Source of the DNA: Camelus dromedarius
Taxonomy: Eukaryota
Direction: 5' to 3'
Assembly (NCBI RefSeq): GCF_036321535.1
Contig: NC_087437.1
Span: forward strand, 62,064,001-62,128,000
Length of the DNA stretch: 64,000 nucleotides
Shown: positions 26,610 through 40,496 of the stretch, one piece after another
Layout of the letters: each line of letters starts with the position of its first letter
Position numbering within the stretch: the first letter of the stretch is position 1
The notes under the pieces: generated by a model
Database searches by the model: none
Told to the model about the DNA's origin: nothing
Seen by the model: the letters and a program-made list of their open reading frames with translations, nothing else
Position numbers and translations under genes: made by a program

Positions 26610-29600
26610 GAATGGACTGTGAGGTTAAGAAAGCAGATTAATTGAAGAGTTCCATTTGGTATTGAAATTTTTTACTGAAAAATTCTATTTTAAATTTATA
26701 AAACAGTTAAGGGGAAAAAAATCAAGTGTGTTGAGTATTATTTAGATGATTACTAATTTCTCCACTCTTGATAAAGCCTGATTGCATGATCTTTATAATA
26801 TAATATATTTCTCCAAAAGTAGGAATAACAGGAGTCAAATCATGTGGAGATATTATAGCAGACGACTTAGGACTTAAACTTTAAAATTTCAAATTCTTCA
26901 GTTCTAATAATGTTCATATGTTGAAGGGAAAAAGAAAAGCAAAAATATTTTATGGTACTCGTAGCAAGTAAGACCACTAACCTCTAAGGCAAACACACTT
27001 AACTGATAGATCACCTTTTACTAAAAGATCTGGAAAGGATGTGAACAGAAAAAGAAGCCAAGTCTATATTAAGGAAGGTAATTTTACCTGCATTAATGAG
27101 CCATTTTTGTTCCACCAAGGGGCTTTGTTCTTTCCATACCCATTTCACTATGTTGCTACTTAGTGAATTAAGAAAAAAATTGAAACTACCACTCTATGCA
27201 AAAATTTTTATAAAGAATAAAGTGGTAAGCTGTGAGGATGTTTGGTATGGATAGTAGGCAGCTGTATCAACATTTACAGAGTCTCACTATGTTCCAGATA
27301 GCATTTTGGGTACTGGGGTGATAGTGGTGAATAAAACAGAAAATATGTCAGTTCTATTTAAAACAGATTACAAATTGCAAGAGCCACTGGTGCTCTTCTG
27401 AGATAAAATAATTTTATTCTGTGTCTTTGGTAAAAGATGTGTGTTACCCTGCCCTAAGAAAAGAAAAATTGCATATAAAGTGTCCACTGATTTGATTTTT
27501 CTGTCTTTGAACTTGTAAATATGCTAGGTGTTTTAATTTGCTTATTCTAACAAGTCAGTGTTGACCGTTTTATCCATAAAATCCACCTTGAGTTGAGGCT
27601 TGAATCTACAATGAAAGGCAGCATTACCTCCAGTGCCAGAAAGCAATGACCTAGAACTCCTTAACTCTTCATGAAAGGGCTTTGTACAGTCAAGGATTAC
27701 ATCCGTTTCACATTAAGTAACTTGGGCTGGATTTGTTCCTTACAAAGCCTTTCCTTGAAGTTGCTATGCCGCAGAAAGCTATTGAGCTGTCATGGTTTTT
27801 GGCACTTGGATGTTGTTTGTTATCAACATATGTAAAAAAATACCTGATGCTATCTTGTTTTTATTCTGTTTTGTATAAAATGTTTAACATCTTTTTCTTA
27901 CTTGTTTTATATTAGAAATATTTTGAATCATATTTTAAAAGAGTTTTTGCTTTTTTTGTTTGTTTTGCGCAGTGTTAACTTGAATATTATTTTTTGAAGT
28001 GGAGGGGTTGAAAAAATTTTAGATTGGCCAGAGATGAAACTTTCTGTTCTCAGTGACTCTCTTCAGGAAGCTGTGACACCCACTTACATTCTCCTGCCAA
28101 ATGTTTCCCTCTGTGACTTTGGTACATAGACTTTGAAGCATTGTTGACCACACTGGCAGGTTGCCCAGAACCCACATACCCTGTATAATTTGCATAATAA
28201 TTACCATTGATTTACATACAGCATAGGCTGAATTGTCTTTCTGAATTGAAGAAAAAAAAATTTTTTTTAATTGAAGCCCCTTTCCCTTACCTACTCCCCT
28301 TTCTAGGTTTAAGAAGAGGGTCATAGTTGTGTATTTACAGACCCTAATTTCCACAGGCCTTTGTATTTTTTAAGATGTTTACTGGATTTTTCTAGCATCT
28401 GTAGGGCATAGTTTTTTTGCTCCCACTCTGTGTGCTTCCACCTCCAGTATTGTTACCCTCTCACTTACCGTACTCCTCCTGATCTTACCTCCTAGTTTTC
28501 TTTGCTTCTTATTTTCACATCATATTCTGTCATCTTTCTTCTCTCAATGAAGAAAAAAAGGAATCATTTGTTATTTTCTCTTTGCCACATGTCTGGTGAG
28601 AGAGGCAGTTTAATGTTGCACGTTGATAAATTGGAATAAATGAAGCCCAAAGGTGAGCTTCTTTCTAGCACTGTCTAGACCTGGCCCAAGATACTCTCAA
28701 CCTCGGAAGCACAGGCAGATAAAGGTTGATCAGTCTTTGTCACTTGTCTTCTCCCTCATATTTTCTCTAATTTAGTAAGGAATATGCTTAATAATAGTTT
28801 AGTAGTCGTAGAATAACCTTAGAGGTCCTAAACTGAACCAGGCTCCAAATTCTGTCGTAGGATGACTTGAAAACTTAGTTTTCTCTTTTTCTTCTTTAAG
28901 AAAAAAGGAAAAGGAAAATGTAACAGGTAAGCATTTATATGGTTCAGAAAAATGTTCTAAGTATGTACAGGGTAGAGTCTCTCTCCCACCATATCTCCTA
29001 TCTGCCAAGTTCCCTGGACATCACAACTGAGGTTATATACATTTTATGTGTATCCCTCTCAAATAGTTTTTATGCATATGCAAACAAATATATTCCTATA
29101 TATACTCTCTTGTATACAAAAATTAGCAAAATTATATACTAGATTCTAAACTTTGCTTTTTTAACTTAATAAATCTTGGAGCTCTTTCTGTATAAGTATA
29201 TAGAGAGCTTTCTCATTTTATTTTACAACCACATGATACTAAATTGTGTTCGTTTTTCGTAATTTATTTAATCAGTCCTATACTGATTGACATTTACTAC
29301 GTATCTAAAACAAGACTTTTGTCCTGCATTTGTGATAATTTGAAATTGAAAACAATGCTATACTCACCCTAGCAGAGAATGAGGGACTTGATTAGACATC
29401 ACCTTTGGAGAGGAGTGGGCAGAGTGCTGAGATCTTATTTAACCAACTTCCAGAGTTTCATTAGTGACTTTTACCCCTTCTGAGTCATATTGTACTTTCT
29501 TACAGTTAGTGATAACGTTATTCTAATAGCCTGTACAAGATTACTTAGGAAAAAATATTTCATAATCTCTAGTGACCATTGTTTGCATTAAAAGGTATTA

Positions 29601-29612
29601 TCTTTTTTATAA

Positions 29613-29807
<195 letters not shown>

Positions 29808-31104
29808 TGAATTAAAGTGGGCTTATGGCCCTCAAAATTACTATCTTTGCTATTTTCATCATTGTGTAAATGTCATTCATTTCTAAGACTGTAGCTAACC
29901 TAGCATTTCGAATTAGAAATTTTATAGACCAGGATGTCAGAAAGAAACCAGGAAAAACTTTAATGAGAAAACAATTAGCATGGATGTGCAAAATTAATTA
30001 GTCTTAATTGGACACTTATTTGGCTTAATGTGTTCTTTTTAGCTAGAGAAATTGTTAAAGAATGAACTGTTAAAAGCCTGTCAACATTTATTTTTCTATG
30101 CAAGACGTCCAGATGGAGTTTGAAATAATGAGTTTGGGAATCAAATATAAAAAAGGATAATTAAGAATGTGAAGTTGTGGAGAGCAGAACTAAAAACTAA
30201 TTAAGAGATCTTTGGAGAAACATACTAGACATGTATGTTGAGTTAAGGGGTTGGGAGGAGGACAGAGTAACAGGTTGATTTGATGAACTGGGAAAATTCA
30301 GTGTCCCAGAAGCCAAAAGAAGAGAGTATTCCAACGAGGGTATGATCAGCAGTAGCATAACCTTCCAGGAAGATAGAGAAAAAACATTAGAATAAATAGC
30401 AAGGTATCACTAGTAGCTTTTAAGGAAGCAGAATGTAAGGGGTGGCACAAATAGGTGGTGAAGAATTTGAGACATAGGATGGACTATTTTAAGAAAGTGT
30501 GGTAAAAGGAAGGGGAGGGAGTAATAAGGCAAGAGTGTTAGGGTATCTGGGAAGATTCTTTGCGTAGAGTAGACCAGAGAGTACTTTCTTTAAAAGGAAA
30601 GGCTCCAGCAGAGAGGGAACGTTTGAAGAGACAGGATTATTTTTTAAAGGGGATGTTTAGTAAGTTCTGAAGATTCTGGAGAAAATAAATGAAAGGGCAT
30701 AAAGTGATGTCTAGCTGGGAAGAACAAGGTGGGTGGATCCCCTTCCAGATAAAAAGGAAGAAGGGATGTTTAAGACACACTTGATAACCTGTGGAGTCTT
30801 TTCTAGCCATGTGATTTTCAAATTCTATTTTAAGTTGTTTTCTTTATATACTTTTTTTCCCCCTTGAAGAATATAGATCATATTTAATCTCATTTTTTGT
30901 GTGGTTGTGAAAAAGTGAATTTTTAAAACTTGGGGGGAAAATTGAGAAGAAATAAAATTCTGTTAAGTTAATGAACAGTATAAAAAATTGTATAGATAAC
31001 TGGAATTTTTCAGAATTTGGACTTGTAAGATTTCTCTTTCCTCAGAAATAGTAGCTATAAACTGTTTTATCCAGAACTAATTTGTGGATGTGAAATTATT
31101 TTAA

Positions 31105-31209
<105 letters not shown>

Positions 31210-32919
31210 TAGGGTTGTTAAAATTACCATTTCAAATATAGGGAAGAATTTTTAATAAGTAGCAACAACTTGTTGCCACTTTGATCAGTTTTGTTTCTTA
31301 AAGAGTATTTATCACAGCTCATCTTTTTTCTTCCTTCAGTAAATCAGTGTTAATTGTTAAGACTTGACTTAATGTGCAAGCCTAATTACTTTGAAATAGA
31401 GTTTCATAATTACTTAAAATATGTTTAAAGTGACAAAAGGAAGTTTTTGTGAAATAGCTGTTTCCTTAAATGTTTAACAAGTTGATACTAGATAAAATTA
31501 TCATTCACAGTAATTAGTCAGGGGGAGGAAGCAAAATGCCTGAGTCCTAAGATAGCAATACCACTTTTTCTCCCTTTACTGTTTCATGTATATGTTATCA
31601 TGTATATAGTTTACTGTATCAAGAGAGTCATAATCTTATAAATTGGAAAGCCATGTTTTCAGCCAAGTTGTTAAGGATTTAGAAACAGATAGTTTTGAAG
31701 ATCACTATAAAGGAACGCATACTTTAAAGAGTTAAGCCTCATTTTAGAACAAACATTTATTTGCATTTATTCTATTTTTTTTAACAAACGTAAACCAGAT
31801 TTTAAATGTAACCTTCATTTAGTAAGCTGTTGACTTTTGACATCTCTTAAGTGTGTTGAGAAGTATTTCTTTAGAATTTTTTTCCAGTGTTTTACTTTTT
31901 TGTGATGGAATAAAAAGCAGAGTTGTGTAACTTTCATTCTTACATTTAAATAGAATTGAAAATGATGGTGATAATATATGAATATTGAAAATATTAAAGT
32001 TTTTCATTTTTCTCTGTATTAAGAGGTCAGGCAAGTACCTGCCCATTGTTATTTAGATGTGTTCTCATGGTACCTGCAGTACCTATGAAAGGGGATTCTT
32101 GGACAGTTTGTCATGTAGAAGAAGCAAGCTTTTCTGCCTGATAACTTTCCTTGATTTTCTTTGCCCCTAACAAACAAGCATGAAAGTGGCTGGTCTCCTA
32201 CATAAAACTTCAACTGTATGGCACATCTGTACGCTTTAATGTCCTATTTTTCAAAGATTGTTATGCACACTATCCACTTCAGTTTCTTAAGTAAACGTTT
32301 ATTCATCACTTCCAGATGGAAGGAATTATATGAGGAACTTTGGGAGAAAGAACTTTATTGATTTTAAGTGACTTATAGCTAAATTTAAATTTTATACAAT
32401 AATAAAACCTAATCAGATAATGATAAATCAAAGTGGTTAAATATTTTTGTATGTTTATAGTACCTATTAGATTTTGGTGATTTACTCATTTATTCAACAA
32501 AAATTTACTGAGCTGGCAGTATTTTTCAGGTACCAGAAATACAGAGATAATGTAAGGCAGTTTCCTTAGAGTTTACATTCTAATGGGAGAGACAAACATA
32601 TAAACAAGCACAGTGTAATAAATGTAGTTTTATACAAAAATGCTGTCGTGTCCCGAGGAAGAGCCAGATGTGCAGTCAAAGATTACATGGTGAAGGCAAC
32701 ATCGAAAAACTGTGGGAGGCTCAGTTGAGTGTGTGTGTGTGTCTGAGTCTCAAAAAAGATTTTCAAAACAATACCCTTATTGCACTCTACTATTTTCTAT
32801 TCTGTTCTAGTAGTAACTTCTTTTTTACAGCTCTAGTCACAGTTTTGTAATATCAGTTTGGAAAACAATTGCGTGCCATGGCGTACCTTGAATTTCAGCG
32901 GTTATATTGTGTAGTTAAT

Positions 32920-33150
32920 GTTTGAGAATTTACTAAGACTAGATATTGTGCTAAATGTTTTGTTAAATGTCTCATTTAGTCCTCAATTAATCTTGAAAGA
33001 GAGGTGCTGTTACATCCCCATTTTTTTAGATGAAGAAGTAGTAGGAAGCACATAGAAGTTAAGAAAGTTACCTTAATTTATATAATCTAGTATATGATGA
33101 AGCCAACATTGCAGCTCTCTTCGACTCCAGAGCACACATTTAATCACTGC
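32920..33150 (-). mobile_element. MIR
   Basis: TCTCATTTAGTCCTCA...CCCCATTTTTTTAGATGAAGAA core. Confidence 0.7.
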
Positions 33151-36100
33151 CTGTGCAGAGTGGGACTAGAAGCAGAATGGTGTCTTTCAGCCTTGTGGAG
33201 TTTTTCTTGCTCTGCCACTAAGCCAGTTATGGCTTAGCCTTCCTGTGGGTTTAGTAACATCTAAAAGGGGCAGAAGCAAAGGCTGGAGTTTTCACGTTAT
33301 AGAGACTATAAGAACATGAGAGCAACCAGGGCAAACCAGTCACTATGGTTCCCTAACAAAGTTTCTTTTGAAGAGAGACTCAATTTTGCTTCATTGTCCC
33401 CACCTGCCTCACTCCCCAGGTGGAACTGATGTAAGGGGAATAGATTTTCCTTCTTTGCTTCATTGTTCTTGATTCTTTTTATAGACTGTTTGAAGATAAG
33501 TAAGGTATTTTTGTCTTGTTATCAAGATACTTATAAGCTATACTGATCTGGGAATATATATTTAGAGCCACATATATATCCTCCATCATTTATTATTTTG
33601 TCCTTACTGTTCTTTTTCTGATGTTTTAAATGGCTTTTATTTTTGGAGGGGGATAGTGTCCTAAAGTTTTCCCATGTCAAGGCTTTCTCTGTAGGCTCTT
33701 AATTTAGAAGAATGCATTGAAATAGTTATACGACAGTAAAAAAGATTTTGCATATGTTTATCCATTTTTAAATTGTCATAAGGTAATCTCACCTATCCCC
33801 TGATCCTCAAAGGTTGTGTGGTGAGAATTACTAGTTACTTGCAAGCTCTGTTTTCCTTATACCATCCCTCATCCTTCTGGGTCTCATTATACTGTCAGTT
33901 CCAGTCTTCCAGCCCCCAAACCTGTTCTCTGTTCCAGTTGTAACATGGTTAAAAATCAGTACCTGCTTGGCTGCTCTCGTTACCAGTAAAGAAGTCTTCC
34001 CTGCCTTTTAAGAACTAGAAACAGCTTGATTTGGTTTTCAAACAGAAAAATTTTAAACTCGGCCTGGACAGGTTATTACTTAATTGTTTGCTAAATTTGG
34101 GCTAGCCTAGAAATGTCATTTTTAAGGGAGAGTACTGAGGCTGATCCCTGAAATTCTTATTAAAGCTTTATTCCTTTAGCCTAAGGCACTGAAATGGTCA
34201 AAATGCAGATATCCTTGGGATTGCATTTTTGGCAATTATTGGAGATTTGTATCTTTTGTGAATGTGTTGTAGATAGATCCTTTACTTAGAGTATGTTTGG
34301 GGATATAGGAGATAAGGTGAGGACTTGAAGCCAAAGTTGAAGATAATAGTCCTAATTGATCGTTTTGTTTAGGGTCAGAATTACTGCTAAGATACATACC
34401 ATGGTTAGACATTCATTGTCACTGGCAGATTTACTTTGTGATCAGATGTCTTTATCTAAGATGCCTTTTCCTTTGCATTTTCAAATGCATACATAGAATA
34501 AATGTTAGAATGACATCTCTCCAGTTACGTTCTTTTCTAGTTACTTTGTCACCATTTTACTCTCAGGAAATGCCAGTCTTACTGCCATGGGGAGGGTTCG
34601 AGGAGTAAAGGACTTATGTACAATTTTCAGTATTTAATTTTATATTAATTTTCTGAATTCCTTTAAATAGTAAGCCACAGAATACCTATTCTAATATTCT
34701 GACTATTACAGCAAGTTATGGTTGTTTTTTATAGTTGTGGCAGTTTTCATAATCTGTTTTTTATCTCATTAGTAAAAATGTTATGAAATCGTTTCTATGT
34801 ATAGGGAAGTTTTTACAAAATGATTTTCCTCCCTAAAATAAAAGAGATTTTGAAAACAAACCAAGTCATTCAGAATTATACATATTCATTAGGTTTCTTT
34901 CCCCACAAAGTTCTTTTTTAAGGCTTTAGTTCTTGAATATATAGTTTTATATATACAAATGTAGCAAGAAACACTGGAAAACCTGTCTTCTAAGTTAGCA
35001 TTCTTCATGCTTGAAATATGTGTTGATCTTCCCTTCCTTTTGACTATGACTTTTGTTCACAACCATGTTAAATAGCTGAATAACAGCATTATTACTATTT
35101 TCTAAACCAGTTGGGCTAGTGGGGTGAAGTCAGAGAGAATGTTGATTTACCCTTGATTAAGTTTGTTCAACACTTTGTATTTCCTTCAGTATGGTTCAGT
35201 TATTAACAAAAATAGTTTTCCTCTCATTATTTTGAAGCCCTGACTTATGGTTTATTAGTTATAATAGAGAAGTCTTATTAAAAGGAAATGTTACAGACCT
35301 AGTTAAAGTCTTATTTGTGAAGAGAAGAAACTGAATACTGTTTAGGCTACTGAAAATGTTGCCTGCGGTCTGAGCTCCTGGCGTTGTGATTGCTGAAGCC
35401 AGACAGCACTGGCATGGACCGAGCTTGCCAAGAAAGGTTAAGCAGGGAAGTACAGATTGCTGTGACTGACATTCTCTGGTTTAACAAAGCTTTCAGAAAC
35501 CAGATTTTTTTTTCTCTCCAGAACTGTTAATAATTCACATTAAAAAACATGGTAACATAAACATATAAAAAGCTTAACACTGTTTAACAAAACATTTCAG
35601 TAAAGATCTAAAAGAAATCATACATACGTACATATATATGTGTATATGTAAGCTATACCATCACTTTTTAAAGGTATTTGTGGGGAGGGTGTATGGGAGA
35701 AATCATCCAGAAAATTAACTCTGTTTAAACAGTATACCTTAGAAATGAAATATAAAGAATCAGAGGCTTTAATAATGAAAGTTGCATGGTTTGCAATTAA
35801 GTGTATGTATTTTGTGTGTGTGAGTATCCCTCCTCAAGTCATATAAAATGTTCTTTGTAGTTTATAGTGTCTGTAGTTAGGAAAAAAATATTTACCATTT
35901 GTTTTGACAAGTCTCTAGTTTAACAAATTGGGAATCTTTTGAAGGGGTCTCATTCTTTATGTATAATTATTAAATGATGAACATGTGACTAATGTGACTC
36001 AAAATTTGACAAATTCTATACAAGTAATGCAGACAACCTGTGCTTTAGGATTCAGATGAAATAGATGAGTGAGGATTCAGATGGGTGGCCCTGTGAGCTT

Positions 36101-36409
36101 GACTTAATGTGTTACATGGCAGTCAAATGTCATCATAGGAACAAGAGCAAAAACGCGGTGGAAACCAGGACCAGGAGAAAAATCTGGGCTGTACTCAAGT
36201 TGGGAATCTTTGAGGAAGGATAGATAGACAGATACACAGATGATCAATTCAGAAACACACAGAGCAGCAGGTTAAAAATCAGGCAGATACTGGATAACAG
36301 GCCAAGCGGTGTGTCAGATATACTAGTTTAAAAGAACCAGAAGGAGGCAGGTACTTCAGGATAGTTAAAAAGCTAGAAATTCCTAAAAGTCATCGTTATC
36401 ATAAACATA

Positions 36410-36645
36410 ATACTGTCAAATAGATTTATTAATTCCTGTTTTCTGCGAAGCACTGTACTAAACACAGTAAATAAGTTATCTGTATCATCACAGCAGTCCT
36501 TCCAGGAGGGTACTATTATTCCTTTTTTTTTTTCCCCAAACATAAGGAAACAGGGTCAAAATGATTAAGTAGTCTGCCGCAATGCACACAGCCAGTTAAT
36601 GACACAGTTTAGGTCCTCAGAGTTCATGCCATTAACAATGCTACT
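36410..36645 (-). mobile_element. MIR
   Basis: GCACTGTACTAAACAC...TACTATTATTCC...TAAGGAAACAGGGTCA...TTAAGT pattern. Confidence 0.6.
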
Positions 36646-39209
36646 GAAAGAGTAGATCAAGCACGAAGATAGTTTTGAGCTGACAAAAACTTTTGGTTTT
36701 AATTCTGTTTCTGTTAAGGTTTTTATTTTGTTCAGGTAAGCGCTTAGCCACTCCTGGACCTGGCTTTATGGCTTATGGGCAGTGAGGTATGCCCGTTTGA
36801 GATGAAGTCTGTGTATGTAGGAGTAAAAGCAAATTCCACCTGGTATGGAGTGAATAAAGGCAAGATGAACAACCTGTAAATGACCAGAAAGGGGTGGGTA
36901 GAGTGGGAATGAGGAGTAAGACTAGAAAGCTCAGTTTTAGAATTACATTGTCAAGCTTTGATGCCAAACAAAATGGTGTCAAATTTATCCTGTAAGTATT
37001 CTAAAATACTAGTGCATTTAACTGCCATGTTGGAGGAATATTACTGTTTTGTGAAGAAAAGTAGAAATTTGGCAAATGTGTTACTTTTTGTTAACTATAA
37101 CTAATGTGAAAAATTATAATTTATTCAGATAATTGCACATTTATTAAGGTTTACTTTTAAATATTAAAAAATGTTTTTAAACAAATAAAACAACATTGTG
37201 AAGCTTCATTGAATATAATATTACTTCAGTTTTGACCAGTTCATGAGAAGTAGGCAAAACTTGGAAACCACTATTACAGTGAAACAAAGAAAATTATGTT
37301 TTCAGGACTTTGATTCTCTTTATTTCTGAGCCGTATGGGGTGAACTGATTTTCAGAAAAAGAGCTGAAAAAGGACTCCCCAAATTTAACTTCACACGTAG
37401 AACTGTCTAGTTTTTTTAAATGTTACTTCTGGCAGCAGTTTCTCATTTTTGGTGTTTTGGTCTTTCTTTTTTTTTTTTTTTTACCATTTTTAATTACTTT
37501 AGAAATTGTGGTTAGTCTAGCAAGGTAAGTTTCTCTACTCTTTCACTTATTAGTTTGTCTTCTTTAATATGACTTCTTCCCTGCATCCTCCCCACCTGCC
37601 CCCAAATTATTTTACATTCTACAGAAGGTGAAGCATTAAGACAGTTAGTCTAGATCTGATGGTTTGTTTTACACATCCTTTGACACCGTTTTCTTCTGGA
37701 AAAATACTCAATACTTCCTTGAACTTAAACACTTAGGGAGCTTCAGTTTTCTCCAAATTAAAGCTGCCGTTTTGACAACTACTACTTGTTATTCCAGAAC
37801 CCAGTTGAGTGGATGACCAACATTCATGCCTTTCAGATCTTAATTCATTACGTTTCAGATACCTGAATCGGCTGACAACACATTTTAAAAATTTTTTGAT
37901 CAAGTTTTTCATTTCACTGACTCACTTTTAATGACACTTAGGCTCAGAATTCATATATTTTATTTGGACCTTTGGTGGAAGAGTGGCTGTCAAAATGTAC
38001 TGTCTGATTTGGACTCAGTCATGATGCAATTGTATTTAAAACATTTAGGACAGTCTAAATTTACTTATGAAGGTCATTCATTATTTTTCTGGGTACTTAT
38101 AAGATTTTTAGATGTTATCTCTGAAGAGTTTCTATTTTTAAAAAATGCCTAAAATGTCATCATTTTCAGCCCATCTTTGAATTTCATGAGAGTATCTTAA
38201 CATTCTTTGAAAGAAGCCACAATCATAATAACAGCTTCTACATATTTTGTAGCTTGTTTTGCTTTTCTGTAGATCTTTTGGAGAAAGTCTTAACTTCATG
38301 ACACTGTTACGAAGCAGATGTAGGTTATAGGACTGACATCCTAATGTAGTACTAGGTGGTTACTTATCTATCCAGCTTTATCTCCCAAATCTGCTTTTAT
38401 GCTGTTTGCGTAATTTGTCATTGATACAAGTGCTTCCTACTCTTTATTTCCTGGAGAACGCTGAGTGGTCTCCTGTCACAGCTGTGTAAAAAAGCTGATA
38501 GACAAATTAAGTTTCTTGATTTTTTTATCCCTCATGTATTTTTATCCCTCTACATTTTTTAAGGCCTAACTGATTCTTCCTTACCTACATTTCATTATCT
38601 ATTTTGATTTTGACTTTCTAAGGGTGTTGAAAGAATGAATGCTTCCAGTGTGCATTTTTAATTATTCCAGAAAATATATTTGGTCAACTCTTAATTACCT
38701 TAGAGAATTGACCAGATTGTAGATTGATTATTTAAAAGTTAAAAAGACAAATGCGATTGTGAAAAAATAAAATGAATACCAACACAAAAAAACAACATGT
38801 TTATTGCTATTGTTTGAATAACATAGTATTCTGTATAGGCCTGTCATGCTTATATAATGGAGAAACTCTTCATTTTTAAAAATCACTTGGATATATTCTT
38901 GCCTACTTCATCTAGCTTTTAGTTCTTTATCATTGGATAGAAGAGAGAGACATGGAGTCTGATCAGCTGTAACTCCAGAGTCTTGAGAAAGTCTTAACTT
39001 TATTCCTATAGGAAAAATATCCCTGTTATTAAGATATTTTATTTTTTATATGAGAATTAGGGAGAAATGGACGATGGATTCATGGGAGCCTGGAACCTAG
39101 AAAAGATACTATTTTAAAGTGTTAGGATTCAGTGACAAATGCAGGGGTTTCCCATACGCAGAAGCCATGGACATAAATATTAGGGACTGGCCGGGAGACA
39201 TTTGAGGGT

Positions 39210-39797
39210 GCTGTTAATGCTGCAGTGGACATAGGGTTGTGTGTATCTTCTCAAATTACTAGTGTTTTCATTTCCTTTGGAAAGATACTCAGAAGTGGAA
39301 TTTCTGGATCATATGGTAACTCTAGTTTTAATTTTTTTTGAGAAACCATCACACTTTTCCATAGTGGCTACACCAATCTACATGCCCACTGACGGTGCGT
39401 TAAGTTTCCCTTTTTGTCGCATCCTCACGAACACTTATTTCTTGTCCTTTGATAATAGCCATTCTGATAGGTGTGAGGTGATACCTCATTGAGGTTTTGA
39501 TTTGAATTTCCCTGATGATTTGTGATGATGAGTATCTTTTCATGTGTCTCTTGACTACCTTTGTGTCTTTTTTGAAAAAATGTCTATTCAGGACTTTTGC
39601 CCATTTTAAAATCTGGTTGGTTTGTTTTTTCTTTTTCGATGTTGAGTTGTGTGAGATCTTTGTATATTTGGGGTATTAACCTCCTGTCAGATATATCATT
39701 TGCAAATATCTTCTCCCATTCAGTGGGTGGCCTTTTCGTTTTGTTGCTGGTTTCCTTTGCTGTACAAAAGCTTTTTAGTTTGATGCAGTCCCATTTG
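39210..39797 (-). mobile_element. L1 ORF2 C-terminal fragment
   Basis: GCCATTCTGATAGGTGTGAGGTGATACCTCATT; colinear with 14160-14750. Confidence 0.9.
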
Positions 39798-39928
39798 GGA
39801 TATTTAACCCTTTCTATCGCCAGAATAAAAGTTTTACTGAATTAGGGTCACTTTAAATTTTAAGTAGGCCCTTAATGCCTACTAGGATTTATTTGTTTCC
39901 TTAGTCTGTTCATCCTGCCACATCTAAA

Positions 39929-40149
39929 CAGGGTCCATATTTCAACCCATGGACTAGTTCCACCTGCTACCTGTTACTGTAATTAAAAATTCTGTTGGAA
40001 CATAGCCATACCCATTCCTTTACGTAAAGGCTATGGCTGTTTTCTCCCTGTAATAGCAGAGTTGAGTAATTGTGACAGAAATTGTATGATCTTCAAAGAC
40101 TAAAATATTTACTGTCTTATCTTTTACAGATAAAGCTTGCCAACCTTTC
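39929..40149 (-). mobile_element. MER58A-like hAT-Charlie MITE
   Basis: TTGGAACATAGCCATACCCATT...GCAGAGTTGAGTAATTGTGACAGA...CTAAAATATTTACT...TTGCCAACC. Confidence 0.8.
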
Positions 40150-40496
40150 TCCCAAACAGATATTTCTTACTTTCTCCTTTCTGTAAATCTCCAACATTTC
40201 CTCCTACCTTCTCACTTTCAGCTGATTACTGCTTCTTCTTTCACTGAGAAAACAGGAACAATCAATGAAAATTTTAATAAGTTCCGAGTATCATATCTAT
40301 TCACCTGTAAGTTGGAAAATTTTGATTTTTTGGAGGATGATGGGCTAATAGTGTTTCATTTTGCAAAATAGCTGAGGATTTTTCTAGTATTTTGTGTAGA
40401 TATGTATATAGTTTGAGATTATTTTTTTCATCTTAAGGGCAGTATGTTTTGTTAGCTTCAGATTTTTTTTCATTATTTTAAATTATACATTATACA

